Assembly: GCA_965218095.1 (NCBI GenBank)
Contig: OZ244587.1
Span: 3,104,001 to 3,168,000, forward strand
Direction: 5' to 3'
Length of the DNA stretch: 64,000 bases
Origin: Candidatus Poribacteria bacterium
GTDB taxonomy: Bacteria > Poribacteria > WGA-4E > PCPOR2b
Both the position numbers and the translations under genes were made by a program. Under the pieces are notes generated by a model. It saw nothing but the letters and a program-made list of their open reading frames with translations. It made no database searches and had not been told where the DNA came from. This document shows positions 50,633 through 60,273 of this stretch, in pieces; the first letter of the stretch is position 1; every line of letters begins with the position of its first letter.

Positions 50633-53538
50633 GACGAAACTCCTTCAAATTTAAGTGTGAGTTGCTTTTCGGCACCGCTTGCCGATTGTCCAGAGTTGTC
50701 ACTACTTGCTGATTGTCCCGGGTCGTAATTGATGAGTGTCTCCAAAAGCGATCTTTCGTTGGAGCCTTGTGGATTCGTTTCGATGAGGGCTTGGATGATA
50801 GACTTGAAGAGGGTGTTTTCCCGAAGTCCATGCTCAATGAGGTAGGCGTTGATTTCCATTTTGTCGCTGGCATCCCAGAGATTCATGACTCTGTGAAGCA
50901 TGTCTATTATGGGAAGCTCTCCAGATGTGTGAGGTCGTCCCACCCGATCCGAATTCCGATCGGTGTGTCCTAACAGGTGGAGCGCACTGCCCGACGAGGC
51001 CTTCTTCAAAATGCCGATTTGGGCTGCTGTCAAATCGGCAAGCGATAACCCATATCCCTGCGCCAACAGAATACATTCACCCACCGGCGCGTCCCCCGTA
51101 CCGAAGTGATTCATGTGCATCAGGTAGTAGCGCGTCCATTCGTCCAGCGTTTCTGTGCTTGCGCCGTGCAGAATCTGCCCCAATGCAAAATCAGTCACGA
51201 TACGCCGAACTTCTGTGAGAAATTCGGTCACTGTGAATGGTTCGCCCGTATTCCGTCTGACCTCTTTATAGGTTGAATAGCTTTCCAACGCGGGGCCAAT
51301 CGCCGCCCAAACGAAGTCAGGTCCTTGAATCCCCGCGTCCCAGAAATAGCGCAGGCGTTTGGTAATCCGTTCCTGCATCTCGCGCCTCACTTTGCCGTAA
51401 TGTCCCACTCTGGCGTTTGCAGGTCGCTTTCGACAGACGAGCCACAACGAAGTTGCGAGCGCAGCGCGGTTCGCTTTAAGCCCACCTTGTCTCTCTGTAT
51501 CAATCGGCCATGACGCCGTAACAACAAGCCCCACACTAATCATCGCTGTTGTCAGAGTTTCCCATGCATCAGGATTTTTGTGGGCAAAAACAGTTACCAT
51601 TAAACTATCCTCTGATAATGATTGGTATGCCGTACGGAAACTCTCAGCCATGCCATCTTCGTAAAACACCCTCGCCGCTTCATTGTCACCATCAAAACGG
51701 CCTGAATGTTGGACAAGTTCTGCAGATTTCGGTGTGAGGAGTTCGGCAAAAGCATCAGGGAATCGATCTCCGATTGAGCGACGGAGCCACACGTAGAAGA
51801 AATCAGAAAGATCCGCATAAGGAATTGCGTCATAATAAGGCGGATCAGTAATAATTCCGTCAATCGTTTGACTGACTGGATCGCGGCTCGATTGCTGATT
51901 AATACAAGGTACGGAAGTCAATTTTGCTGTTAGTACGTTTTCCAGAAAACGTGTGACCCAACCAATGTGAGCAAGGTAACCACCTGTCTTTTTGGAGAAA
52001 GGGTCGAGTTCTGCAAAATCCCAAGTTATTGGTAATGCAAACCTCGTGTAAGTATGTGCTATAGCTTCTAAAGCTATTATCCACATGCAGATTGTCGAAT
52101 TATAATCAGCGAGACGATTAATAAGGATTGCCAAATATGCTTCAACCGCCTCAACCCATTCTGGTGAATACCCAAGCATTTCCATTTCCGTCTTTGCCAT
52201 CCGAGTCCACTTCACAAATGTCATCAGCGCCAACAACTGCCGAGGTGTGAACAAATTCGACCATTTCTTAAAGCCGTAAAGCGGGACCCTAAATCCAAGT
52301 GTTTCGGGACCGGGCATTGGTTCATCAGGAATCCCGTGCGGAATCTCATCGGCAATCGCATCCAACGTTTCTTTTGACACCTCTACGGCATCAATTTCTT
52401 CCTGTGTTGGTGGGCGATACTCCTTGCCGTATTCCTCTTGATAAACAACCGCTGTCATCTGTGCCTTGAGTTTGCCCTCATGCCCGCACTGCTTGATGTA
52501 GTCCCCCGGCTGCTGTGAGCCGCAAAATGGACAGGTCGCTGTCGCACCGGACATCGTGGGCTTGTCAACATCCTCTGTCTCTTCCGGCGCGACAATCTCA
52601 AATCGGACCCGCTTCGTCTCGGAATCAGGGCAGAACTTGAGCGCACGCTTTCCGTTGATGATGACTTTGGTCTGGTTTTTTGTCTTTTTAAGTCGGAGAA
52701 AGTCAGGACGTTTTTGATTTTCGGGAGTATCCGGGAGGGTTTTCTCAGGCTTCTTGCATATCCAGAGGGTCTTGAGCAGCGGAATGGTCCCACCACACGT
52801 TGGATCTTGACACGGAATCGTTCTCGCCCAAAGGTAAGCGACCGTCGGCTTCTCATCAACCACAGGATAATACGAATCGAGGTCGCTGCGGGCGTTTTCC
52901 AAAACCCACTGCCCCCACAAGCGGACATGGTCAGCGAGATCTTCCTTTCTCAAAAAGGGACGTTCATCAAGATCGAACTTAGGAAGCCGATAGGTTTTTC
53001 CGGCAAGGCGTTGTGGATATTCAAGCGTACATTTGAGAAGGAACCACGCCACCGGGTTGTAGTCGTTTGCTATCACCTCGCAGCCGAGTCGCATCGCCTC
53101 AAGCGGAATCGCACCACCCCCCGCAAACATATCCATCACCTTGGGTGAGCGTCCGTTGTATGCCAACTGGATGAGCTCTCTGGCGATTCGCAGCTTATTG
53201 AGCCAGCGTCCCTTCTGATCTTTTTCGTCCCAATCACCGTGGCCATTTTCGTCGCCCCACCGTGTCAGTGAGGCAATCAGGTCACAGAGATATTCACGCT
53301 GTTTATCCGGCAACGGTGACCCGGAAAGCCGTGTGTATTCCGCTTTCATCGTTTCAGGCGCATCGGCGGGATCGGGCAGCAATGTCGCTATCGTCGCGGC
53401 GCGGCACGCGGCGAGTGGACGGCGCGCGGGCCAGAGGTGAAGCGTGGATATATGTCCGTGGCGTACATTCTTTTCGTGCTTTGAGTCCGTGGAAACCTTT
53501 TTCAGTGGAAAGGCTTCCTCGATGAGTCTACGTGGCAT
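50629..53538 (-). CDS. DUF1156 adenine-specific DNA methyltransferase
   Basis: LHLWPARRPLAACRA, DMFAGGGAIPLEA, DYNPVA, Zn-finger CxxxxC..CPFC, TDPPYYD. Confidence 0.92.
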   Translation of the reverse strand: MPRRLIEEAFPLKKVSTDSKHEKNVRHGHISTLHLWPARRPLAACRAATIATLLPDPADAPETMKAEYTRLSGSPLPDKQREYLCDLIASLTRWGDENGHGDWDEKDQKGRWLNKLRIARELIQLAYNGRSPKVMDMFAGGGAIPLEAMRLGCEVIANDYNPVAWFLLKCTLEYPQRLAGKTYRLPKFDLDERPFLRKEDLADHVRLWGQWVLENARSDLDSYYPVVDEKPTVAYLWARTIPCQDPTCGGTIPLLKTLWICKKPEKTLPDTPENQKRPDFLRLKKTKNQTKVIINGKRALKFCPDSETKRVRFEIVAPEETEDVDKPTMSGATATCPFCGSQQPGDYIKQCGHEGKLKAQMTAVVYQEEYGKEYRPPTQEEIDAVEVSKETLDAIADEIPHGIPDEPMPGPETLGFRVPLYGFKKWSNLFTPRQLLALMTFVKWTRMAKTEMEMLGYSPEWVEAVEAYLAILINRLADYNSTICMWIIALEAIAHTYTRFALPITWDFAELDPFSKKTGGYLAHIGWVTRFLENVLTAKLTSVPCINQQSSRDPVSQTIDGIITDPPYYDAIPYADLSDFFYVWLRRSIGDRFPDAFAELLTPKSAELVQHSGRFDGDNEAARVFYEDGMAESFRTAYQSLSEDSLMVTVFAHKNPDAWETLTTAMISVGLVVTASWPIDTERQGGLKANRAALATSLWLVCRKRPANARVGHYGKVRREMQERITKRLRYFWDAGIQGPDFVWAAIGPALESYSTYKEVRRNTGEPFTVTEFLTEVRRIVTDFALGQILHGASTETLDEWTRYYLMHMNHFGTGDAPVGECILLAQGYGLSLADLTAAQIGILKKASSGSALHLLGHTDRNSDRVGRPHTSGELPIIDMLHRVMNLWDASDKMEINAYLIEHGLRENTLFKSIIQALIETNPQGSNERSLLETLINYDPGQSASSDNSGQSASGAEKQLTLKFEGVSS

Positions 53539-53553
53539 TTAGAATTCTCCTGT

Positions 53554-54342
53554 TTATTCCTTATCATCGCGGAGGTAAACAAACGGTTGAAAAATAGGAT
53601 GATCAATCATTCGTCGCCAAATTGTTTCAAGTGATATAATCGGTAGCTCAAGTTGGCGTTCATGGGGCACCTCCCGACTTGCCAAGCGTAACAAAATATA
53701 ACACGCGCTTCGGGTGGTTTGATACAAGAACGGATTCCGCGCGAACCAATGACTGGAGAAGGCTTCAATCTTCTCACGATCCTGAGGGCTCATATTTCCT
53801 CGATCTAGCCATCGCGTAATCTGAGTTTTTTTGGTCTCCGAATCCCCTTGTGCCATACATAGAAAAAGGACGGTATTTGCGCTACCCCCATGCCAACTCG
53901 CAAGGTTGTCGGTGACACGAGCGAGCCATTCAGTGTCGTCAAATCGAATTCTGTCGACCACAAGCAGAAGGGATTCCTGGACCATTTCGCGCAGCGCTGA
54001 CTTATGATGATTCAGATTTAACTGAGCCGTGCGTACCCAATAGGAATCTGATGAAAGCGCGTACAAAGCAATTTCAATCGGCAACAATTCATACCATGTC
54101 TTGTATCTGAAATCAGCGTGTCGTTTTGCTCTAGAGGCAAAGGTCGAAATCTTCTCAACCAACGAATGGTCAAAACACTCGGGAGCGAAAACAGCAAACC
54201 ATTGAACAAAAAATGCGCGCAGCTCCTGCGCTTCAGTCACCGTCCCTTTGCCAAAATTATTAACCCAAAGTTCAAATTCGGATTCTATAACTTTGTATAA
54301 TCTCTCTTGCTTGATGGTAAACGAAGGAATAGACATTTTCAT
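53554..54342 (-). CDS. hypothetical protein within the restriction-like operon
   Basis: 262-aa ORF, ATGA-coupled to the SNF2 gene; no recognised domain. Confidence 0.7.
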   Translation of the reverse strand: MKMSIPSFTIKQERLYKVIESEFELWVNNFGKGTVTEAQELRAFFVQWFAVFAPECFDHSLVEKISTFASRAKRHADFRYKTWYELLPIEIALYALSSDSYWVRTAQLNLNHHKSALREMVQESLLLVVDRIRFDDTEWLARVTDNLASWHGGSANTVLFLCMAQGDSETKKTQITRWLDRGNMSPQDREKIEAFSSHWFARNPFLYQTTRSACYILLRLASREVPHERQLELPIISLETIWRRMIDHPIFQPFVYLRDDKE

Positions 54343-57300
54343 GCCTCTCGGTTGTTGATAATATCGCTGGCATTAATAATTACGCTTCCCTTGGCTTTAG
54401 CAATCAGGTTGCCAAACGGATCTCGGCATCGGTGTAATTGCGGATTCTCATCACAATGATAGACCACATAAAGCCAGTAGCGATCTTGGTGATTGGCAGC
54501 TTGCCGCCATTCATTTGCCGTCAATTCAACGCTCGTAATTCCGGTGCGTCCTTTGACCTCAATGTAACGTACCTCACCATTGGGGCGTCTGGATTGCAAA
54601 TCAAATCCTTTTTTGAGGTGTGGATTGGAAACATCTTCGACCGCCGCCCCGTGCTCCCGTTCATATTCGATGGTAGTGCGGAGCGCAACCACTTCGGCAT
54701 CTCGTATTGTCTTCGTCGGCACCGCGTCAATTGGGGGCGGGAGGACAAGCGCACGAACATAGAGGGTGACAGTCCCCAATTCGGTGTTTTCGATTTCCTC
54801 AACGAGACTCGTTTCAGCCGCAGCGCGTTTCACCTCAAGTTCATCCAGTTCCCGATCGCAGTTGTTCAGTTTCGTCTGAGCCGCAGGAACCCCTTTGGCA
54901 ACAGCGTCTTTGAGGTTGATTCGCTGTCCGAGAAGCTCTGACTTCCTCAAGTTAAATGAAATCTTGATCTGTTTTTTCTTGTCCTTCAATTGGGATTGAA
55001 GGACATCGCGGATGCGAGAAACTTTGGGGGCCCCCAAGTTTTCAACGACAAAAGTTTTAACGGGTTGTACCTCATCAGCAAGGTCAAACCATTCAGAGGA
55101 AATTGGTGAGCAGTTGTCCGGTAGCGACGTTAATGTCAACAGCAGATGGGCTGGTGTTGGTTCACAACGGCCGTCTGAAAATTGTTTGACACCAACAAGC
55201 TCTTCGTCCAAGACTTGAGGCCTCTCACCAATTTGTCGCACCACAGGCACTTTCGCCAGATAGAACAGATACGATTCATCTGTCTGGGGATCGAAATAAA
55301 CCGCCCCGCGATTCCCTTCATCTTCAAATTCTCCCAAGAAGAGGGTCAAAATTGAATCAAAAACGGGTTCACCGGGGTGCAGAAAAATCGCCTGCGGCTG
55401 ATCGAGTCCAGTGGGCAGTGCAAGTTCTCGTGAGAACGTTAATCGGTCTTGCAGATGTGGTGGATATTTTTCGATAATACTTCGCACAAACGGCGGACAG
55501 TGGGATAGCTTGAAAATTCCTTCAACCTCTCCATCAATCCGATAGCCGACCAACGGGGCGACATCTTCAAAGAAAGCTCGCACATACGCCGGCATCACGC
55601 GAAGCGTTTCGGCAGATTCCCTCTGCTTCTGAACGCCGAGGAGCAGACGTTTAACCTCACTGCACGCGACCAATTTCTGCTGCGCTTCGAGCTGCTGTTT
55701 GATGTTTTCCGAAGTGAATTGGTTATTGATGGTTTGGATTGAGGCATCGGTTTTATTCTCCGTGATGGCTTGCGTGATGAGCTCCGTCAAAGAGACCTGA
55801 CTGAATTGTTGACCAATGACATCAAAAACTTTATCGTCGCTCAATTCCTTACGCATCTGTTCCAATTTCTCCAGCAGCACTTTCAACACTCGTCCTTCAC
55901 GCGTGTCTTGGGCAACGAGATTTAACAGAACCACCGTCTGTTTCTGCTTGTATCGGTGAATCCGTCCCATTCGCTGTTCAATCCGAGCGGGGTTCCACGG
56001 AATATCGTAGTTGACCATCAGCCAACAGAATTGAAGGTTGATTCCTTCCCCGGCTGCATCGGTTGCCACAAGATATTGCGCCCCGTTCGGGTCGCGAAAG
56101 AACTCGACCTGTTTTTCGCGTTCGTTGTATTTCATGCCGCCGTGGATTTGGGCGACTCTTCCTGTAAAACCCAATGCCTCCAATCGTCCGATGACAAAAT
56201 TCAGCGTGTCGCGATGCTCGGTGAAAATAAGCACCTTTGTATCTGGATAACCCTCTAACGCCTCCCACAGTTTCTCAAACTTACTTTCAGCTTTCAAGTC
56301 GTAAACTACCCTCGCCAACTCGGTAAGACGTTGAACGTGGTGAATCTCCGCTTCCAGATCCACAATCGATCGGGAGGTTGTCGCTTGAGCAAGGCTTTCA
56401 TCAGCCTGTTCTGCTTCCTCCTTGCCGTCAATGATCTCTTCCTCATCACCTGTTTTTGTATCTCTGATGTCGATGTCTATAAGTTCCGCTTGCGCTGTTT
56501 CCAGCCTCTCCAATGATAACCGCCCCTCGCGAAGTTCGTGAAGGGTTGTCTGAAGTTTTTCCTCCCGTCTGATAAGGCTCTGCAACAGTGCAAAAGTTGA
56601 ACTGGCAATCCGCCGTTGTAGCACCATCATCGCCATCTTTGCCGCGGTCCGGTTGTACTGCCCGGCGAGATCAAAATATTTCTCACAATACTCCGTGACC
56701 CCATCGTACAGCGATTGCTCGCTAATCTCCCCCTGCTTGAGTGGATAAGCAATGGTATGACTTCGGCGTGGCGGGTAAATGAGTTTTTCATCGAAGGTGA
56801 TCATCTCCTCCTTCATGCGCCGGAGCAGATGCTTCGATTTCTCCCCCTCAACCAACTGATCAAACGCCTTTTGTGCGGCGAGGTGATCGGGCAATAGCAG
56901 TCGCCAAAGAAAATAATACGCATCATCTTTTCCCATGTGAGGCGTTGCCGTAAGCAATAACAGACTCTTTCCATCTGCGGCAATTCGTTCGGCAAGCTGG
57001 TATCGCTTCGATTTCGTTACTGTCCCGTCCCACTCCCTTCGTGCCGATAGTTTATGGGCTTCATCAAAGACAACCAAATCATACGACGGTGCTTCAAAGA
57101 GATATTGCTGCATCCGTTCTTGCCGCAACGTATCGAGACTCACAATTGCTAAGCGGTTTTCCGAATCGACAAAGGGATTGGTATCTGTGGTACTTGCGCT
57201 AGACAAAATTTGAAATTGGAGTCGAAAACAGACACGTAATTCGCGTTCCCAGTTTCCAATTAACCCTGCCGGTGGCACAATCAGCACCCGTTCCACCTGC

Positions 57301-57755
57301 CGCCGCAGTAACAGTTCTTGGATGTAAAGTCCTGTCATGATCGTTTTCCCGGCACCGGCATCGTCAGCCAACAGAAACCGCAACGGGAAATGTTTCAGCA
57401 GATGGTCATATACCGCGATAAATTGGTGCGGCAATGGATCAATCAGCGATGTTTCTGTGGCAAAGATGGGATTGAACAGATAGGCGTGTCGAAGTCGATA
57501 CGCTTCTGCAACCAGTCTCACCAGATTCGCATCCGCACGGAAAGGAGGATATACAATCTCGAAACGCCCTTGCAATTCTTCGATGGAACAAACAAATGGC
57601 TCAGTGGCACCCTCAAAAAAGAGGCGAACAAAAGAACCGTGGGGGCGAACCTGACGGATAACCTTTTCCCCTCCTTGATGCTTATCGATCAGATATGTGC
57701 CGGGTTGGAGATTGTCGAGATGAATTGTATCAGTTTGATGCAGTACAGGATTCAT
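54339..57755 (-). CDS. SNF2-family helicase with C-terminal DUF3883 (PD-(D/E)XK) nuclease
   Basis: LLADDAGAGKT, DEAHK, LTATPH, EGINLQ, WNPARIEQRMGRIHR, GFDL.S....RYIEVKG. Confidence 0.92.
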   Translation of the reverse strand: MNPVLHQTDTIHLDNLQPGTYLIDKHQGGEKVIRQVRPHGSFVRLFFEGATEPFVCSIEELQGRFEIVYPPFRADANLVRLVAEAYRLRHAYLFNPIFATETSLIDPLPHQFIAVYDHLLKHFPLRFLLADDAGAGKTIMTGLYIQELLLRRQVERVLIVPPAGLIGNWERELRVCFRLQFQILSSASTTDTNPFVDSENRLAIVSLDTLRQERMQQYLFEAPSYDLVVFDEAHKLSARREWDGTVTKSKRYQLAERIAADGKSLLLLTATPHMGKDDAYYFLWRLLLPDHLAAQKAFDQLVEGEKSKHLLRRMKEEMITFDEKLIYPPRRSHTIAYPLKQGEISEQSLYDGVTEYCEKYFDLAGQYNRTAAKMAMMVLQRRIASSTFALLQSLIRREEKLQTTLHELREGRLSLERLETAQAELIDIDIRDTKTGDEEEIIDGKEEAEQADESLAQATTSRSIVDLEAEIHHVQRLTELARVVYDLKAESKFEKLWEALEGYPDTKVLIFTEHRDTLNFVIGRLEALGFTGRVAQIHGGMKYNEREKQVEFFRDPNGAQYLVATDAAGEGINLQFCWLMVNYDIPWNPARIEQRMGRIHRYKQKQTVVLLNLVAQDTREGRVLKVLLEKLEQMRKELSDDKVFDVIGQQFSQVSLTELITQAITENKTDASIQTINNQFTSENIKQQLEAQQKLVACSEVKRLLLGVQKQRESAETLRVMPAYVRAFFEDVAPLVGYRIDGEVEGIFKLSHCPPFVRSIIEKYPPHLQDRLTFSRELALPTGLDQPQAIFLHPGEPVFDSILTLFLGEFEDEGNRGAVYFDPQTDESYLFYLAKVPVVRQIGERPQVLDEELVGVKQFSDGRCEPTPAHLLLTLTSLPDNCSPISSEWFDLADEVQPVKTFVVENLGAPKVSRIRDVLQSQLKDKKKQIKISFNLRKSELLGQRINLKDAVAKGVPAAQTKLNNCDRELDELEVKRAAAETSLVEEIENTELGTVTLYVRALVLPPPIDAVPTKTIRDAEVVALRTTIEYEREHGAAVEDVSNPHLKKGFDLQSRRPNGEVRYIEVKGRTGITSVELTANEWRQAANHQDRYWLYVVYHCDENPQLHRCRDPFGNLIAKAKGSVIINASDIINNREA

Positions 57756-58039
57756 TTCTATCGTCTAAAAACCGCCGGTGTTTTGCCAGAAAGAAGATGT
57801 GACTTATGGCATTTGAATCTGTTTCATCTGTGTATCCAACCATCTCAGAATTTGTGCATTCATTCTGTGTGGATAAACGCATAAAAAAAGAAGCAGAAGA
57901 ATAGGGTGGTTCTTTATAGATGGCGTATTTTAATGGTAACATATGATGAAATTAAAGTCAATCTTGGCTCATGTTAAAAGAAAGTGCAGAAGCGTGAAAG
58001 GTATGGTAAACTAAGCATTATGGATTTCCCAATAGTAGA

Positions 58040-58620
58040 CCTACTTGATGATGAACTTTCCTATCAATGGTTGCTCAACCATAACCAATGGAACGACCAA
58101 CGATAGGCAAGTGGCTCAAACCGCTGCTGCGCTACCAAGTGGCAGTTTACGTCTTGCGGACTTAAGTTATTTCTCTCTTGATGAATTGAAGCAATGTTCT
58201 GATGAGAAGGTCTTTTGGTTAACACGCGTCCAAGCGACGTGCGTTGTTCAAGCTATGGAAGATCCATGGTCAGATTGACGCTTGGCTAAGCGAAGAACCG
58301 TGGCGAATACTCTGTGAAGTTTACGCGAAACTGATAGCGATGATTATTCAGCACTGGATTCTATTGACCTACTCATGGCAGTATCCAGAGCGAAGTTTGA
58401 CCAAAGCGGCGAAAGTGATTGCCAAACATGCGCTTTGCATCGCCGGTGCCGTCGCCTCCGGTCAAAGCCAACAACTGGTTGAAGCATTGACAACAGTCGG
58501 ACAATGTTTAGTTAGCGGTCGGCTGCCGAATTTATAAGCGTAGAAAATGCCCTTCAACCTATCAACTCCTAATGGAAACCGCTGATGAAGTCTTGCTTTC
58601 CGCCTAACTTAATCCCTATG
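58040..58620 (+). mobile_element. degraded IS4-family transposase
   Basis: LRLADL.YFSL..L, FWLTR; PWRILCEVYAKL.AM.IQHW, KRRK.PSTYQLL; multiple stops and frameshifts. Confidence 0.75.
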
Positions 58621-58785
58621 AGGAAGAAAGCCAAGACCCGTAACATTCTACCTATCGTTGACAATAATGGATATTTCCTGACCTCAACGGGAATCATCGC
58701 CGGCAATCATAATGATTGATTCGACCCTAAACCTCATTTGGTTAAAAGTTTCAACCGGCTTATTGATAAATATGCTCAATTCATG

Positions 58786-58814
58786 TTGACACGATCCTTA
58801 CGCTTTGTTAAAAT
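58786..58814 (+). promoter_or_regulatory. sigma70 promoter upstream of the argC leader
   Basis: TTGACA-17-TAAAAT with extended TG. Confidence 0.75.
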
Positions 58815-58829
58815 AGTTTGTCAAATGAA

Positions 58830-59046
58830 TGTTAGACGACCAGAGGCGTACCATCATGATAACTATTTTTCATTTCAGTGAGTAAGATGAAACACTTCAT
58901 CGCCATACCCAACGTGCTGGTTCAGCAGGGAGACCAATGGAAGATTGCTCACTACCATTTTTCACCATTGATTCTGCGCCGCGGAGATGATAATAGTTAC
59001 CAAACTCGAAACTCAATAGTGATGGTTTGACCCCTGGTCGTCTAAC
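58830..59046 (+). other. long imperfect hairpin enclosing a SnoaL/NTF2-like gene fragment
   Basis: GTTAGACGACCAG/CTGGTCGTCTAAC perfect 13 bp, plus ACCATCA/TGATGGT and TAACTATT/AATAGTTA; interior encodes NVLVQQGDQWKIAHYHFSPL. Confidence 0.55.
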
Positions 59047-59111
59047 TCGCTTTTGGGTGTATTCCCGCTTTTGAGCTTACTACCACCTTTCACCCATCAT
59101 ACATTAAAAAG

Positions 59112-60095
59112 ATGAACTCAGCTATGTCTAAAATTGGAATATTCGGCGATACCGGCATGGTGGGCCAGGAAATTGAAAAGGTACTAAAAAATCACGATCA
59201 GGTTAAAATCGTCTTTAGAAAAAATTCAAGAAGGGAAGAAGGGAGTCTAAACGACTGCGACCTCGTCTTTCTGGCGACAAAAGATCCGGAATCGATGGCG
59301 TATGCGCCGGAAGCCCTTGAATTTGGGAAGAAAGCAATTGATATGAGCGGGGCGTTCAGATTACCCAGAGAGCCGTTTGAAATCGAGTATGCACCGAGAA
59401 TAGAACTTGGGCCGTACGGGTCGGCGCATCAAGTCCCGGAGTTGTTAGCGGAAGCGGTTTATGGGATGCCTGCGCTGTTGCAAGATCAGATCGCTGAAGC
59501 AAGGTTGGTGGGGAATCCGGGCTGTTATCCGACAAGTGTGATTCTGGCTTTAAGACCGCTCAAAGGGCTCGTGCAGGGACCGGCGACGATTGTGGCGACT
59601 TCGGGGAATTCGGGGGCAAGAAAAGAGGTGGAGGATGAGTCCAACGAGATTACCTACGATTACGGCGGCAAGCACAAGCACGTCCCGGAGATGGAGCGGT
59701 ATTCTGGGTTTGATGTGGACTTTACACCTATCGTCCTCAGATCTGTTTTCAGGGGAATTAATGCAAACATTAAGGTCGAATTGACAGAGCCACTAAAACA
59801 CCTCTCTGAAGCAGAGGCGGCTGAAAAATTGAGTCTAACGATCAAAAGCACCTACCAACCGGACGATCTGGTGCTCATTGTGGAAGATACGGCGGATAAA
59901 TGGTGGGGCACCCGAGATGTCGTCGATACCCATAAACTCCTCATCAAAGTCGGTGTTGATGAGGGATGTGCTTATATCTGTTCCCTGGTCGATAATCTCG
60001 GAAAAGGCGCCGCCAGTCAAGCAGTTGAGAACATGAACATCATGCTCGGATTGCCTCGGCTGTATGGGATTGACCCCGCTTATCGTACGAGTTGA
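59112..60095 (+). CDS. argC: N-acetyl-gamma-glutamyl-phosphate reductase
   Basis: G.TGMVG, IDMSGAFRL, GNPGCYPT, DNLGKGAASQAVENMN. Confidence 0.9.
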   Translation: MNSAMSKIGIFGDTGMVGQEIEKVLKNHDQVKIVFRKNSRREEGSLNDCDLVFLATKDPESMAYAPEALEFGKKAIDMSGAFRLPREPFEIEYAPRIELGPYGSAHQVPELLAEAVYGMPALLQDQIAEARLVGNPGCYPTSVILALRPLKGLVQGPATIVATSGNSGARKEVEDESNEITYDYGGKHKHVPEMERYSGFDVDFTPIVLRSVFRGINANIKVELTEPLKHLSEAEAAEKLSLTIKSTYQPDDLVLIVEDTADKWWGTRDVVDTHKLLIKVGVDEGCAYICSLVDNLGKGAASQAVENMNIMLGLPRLYGIDPAYRTS

Positions 60096-60110
60096 ACTAC
60101 GGAGATTGCT

Positions 60111-60227
60111 ATGACCACAATTACAGTTATCTTGCCAGACGAACGTTTGTTGAAATTGAAAGAGATGACCGCTCACTCAGGAGTTTCGCCTGAAGAGTTA
60201 GTAAGCGCCAGTATTGATGAAGATTAA
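60111..60227 (+). pseudogene. truncated ribbon-helix-helix antitoxin-like ORF
   Basis: RBS GGAG; MTTITVILPDERLLKLKEMTAHSGVSPEELV. Confidence 0.5.
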
Positions 60228-60273
60228 TATGCCGTCCCAACACAATGTTAATTTGATTTGAGAGGAAACATAG

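Noticed and set aside
47065-57755. BREX or DISARM system
   Set aside because: No PglZ, BrxL, DrmA/DrmB (DUF1998) or PLD gene; the domain set fits the DUF499/DUF1156 restriction-like family.
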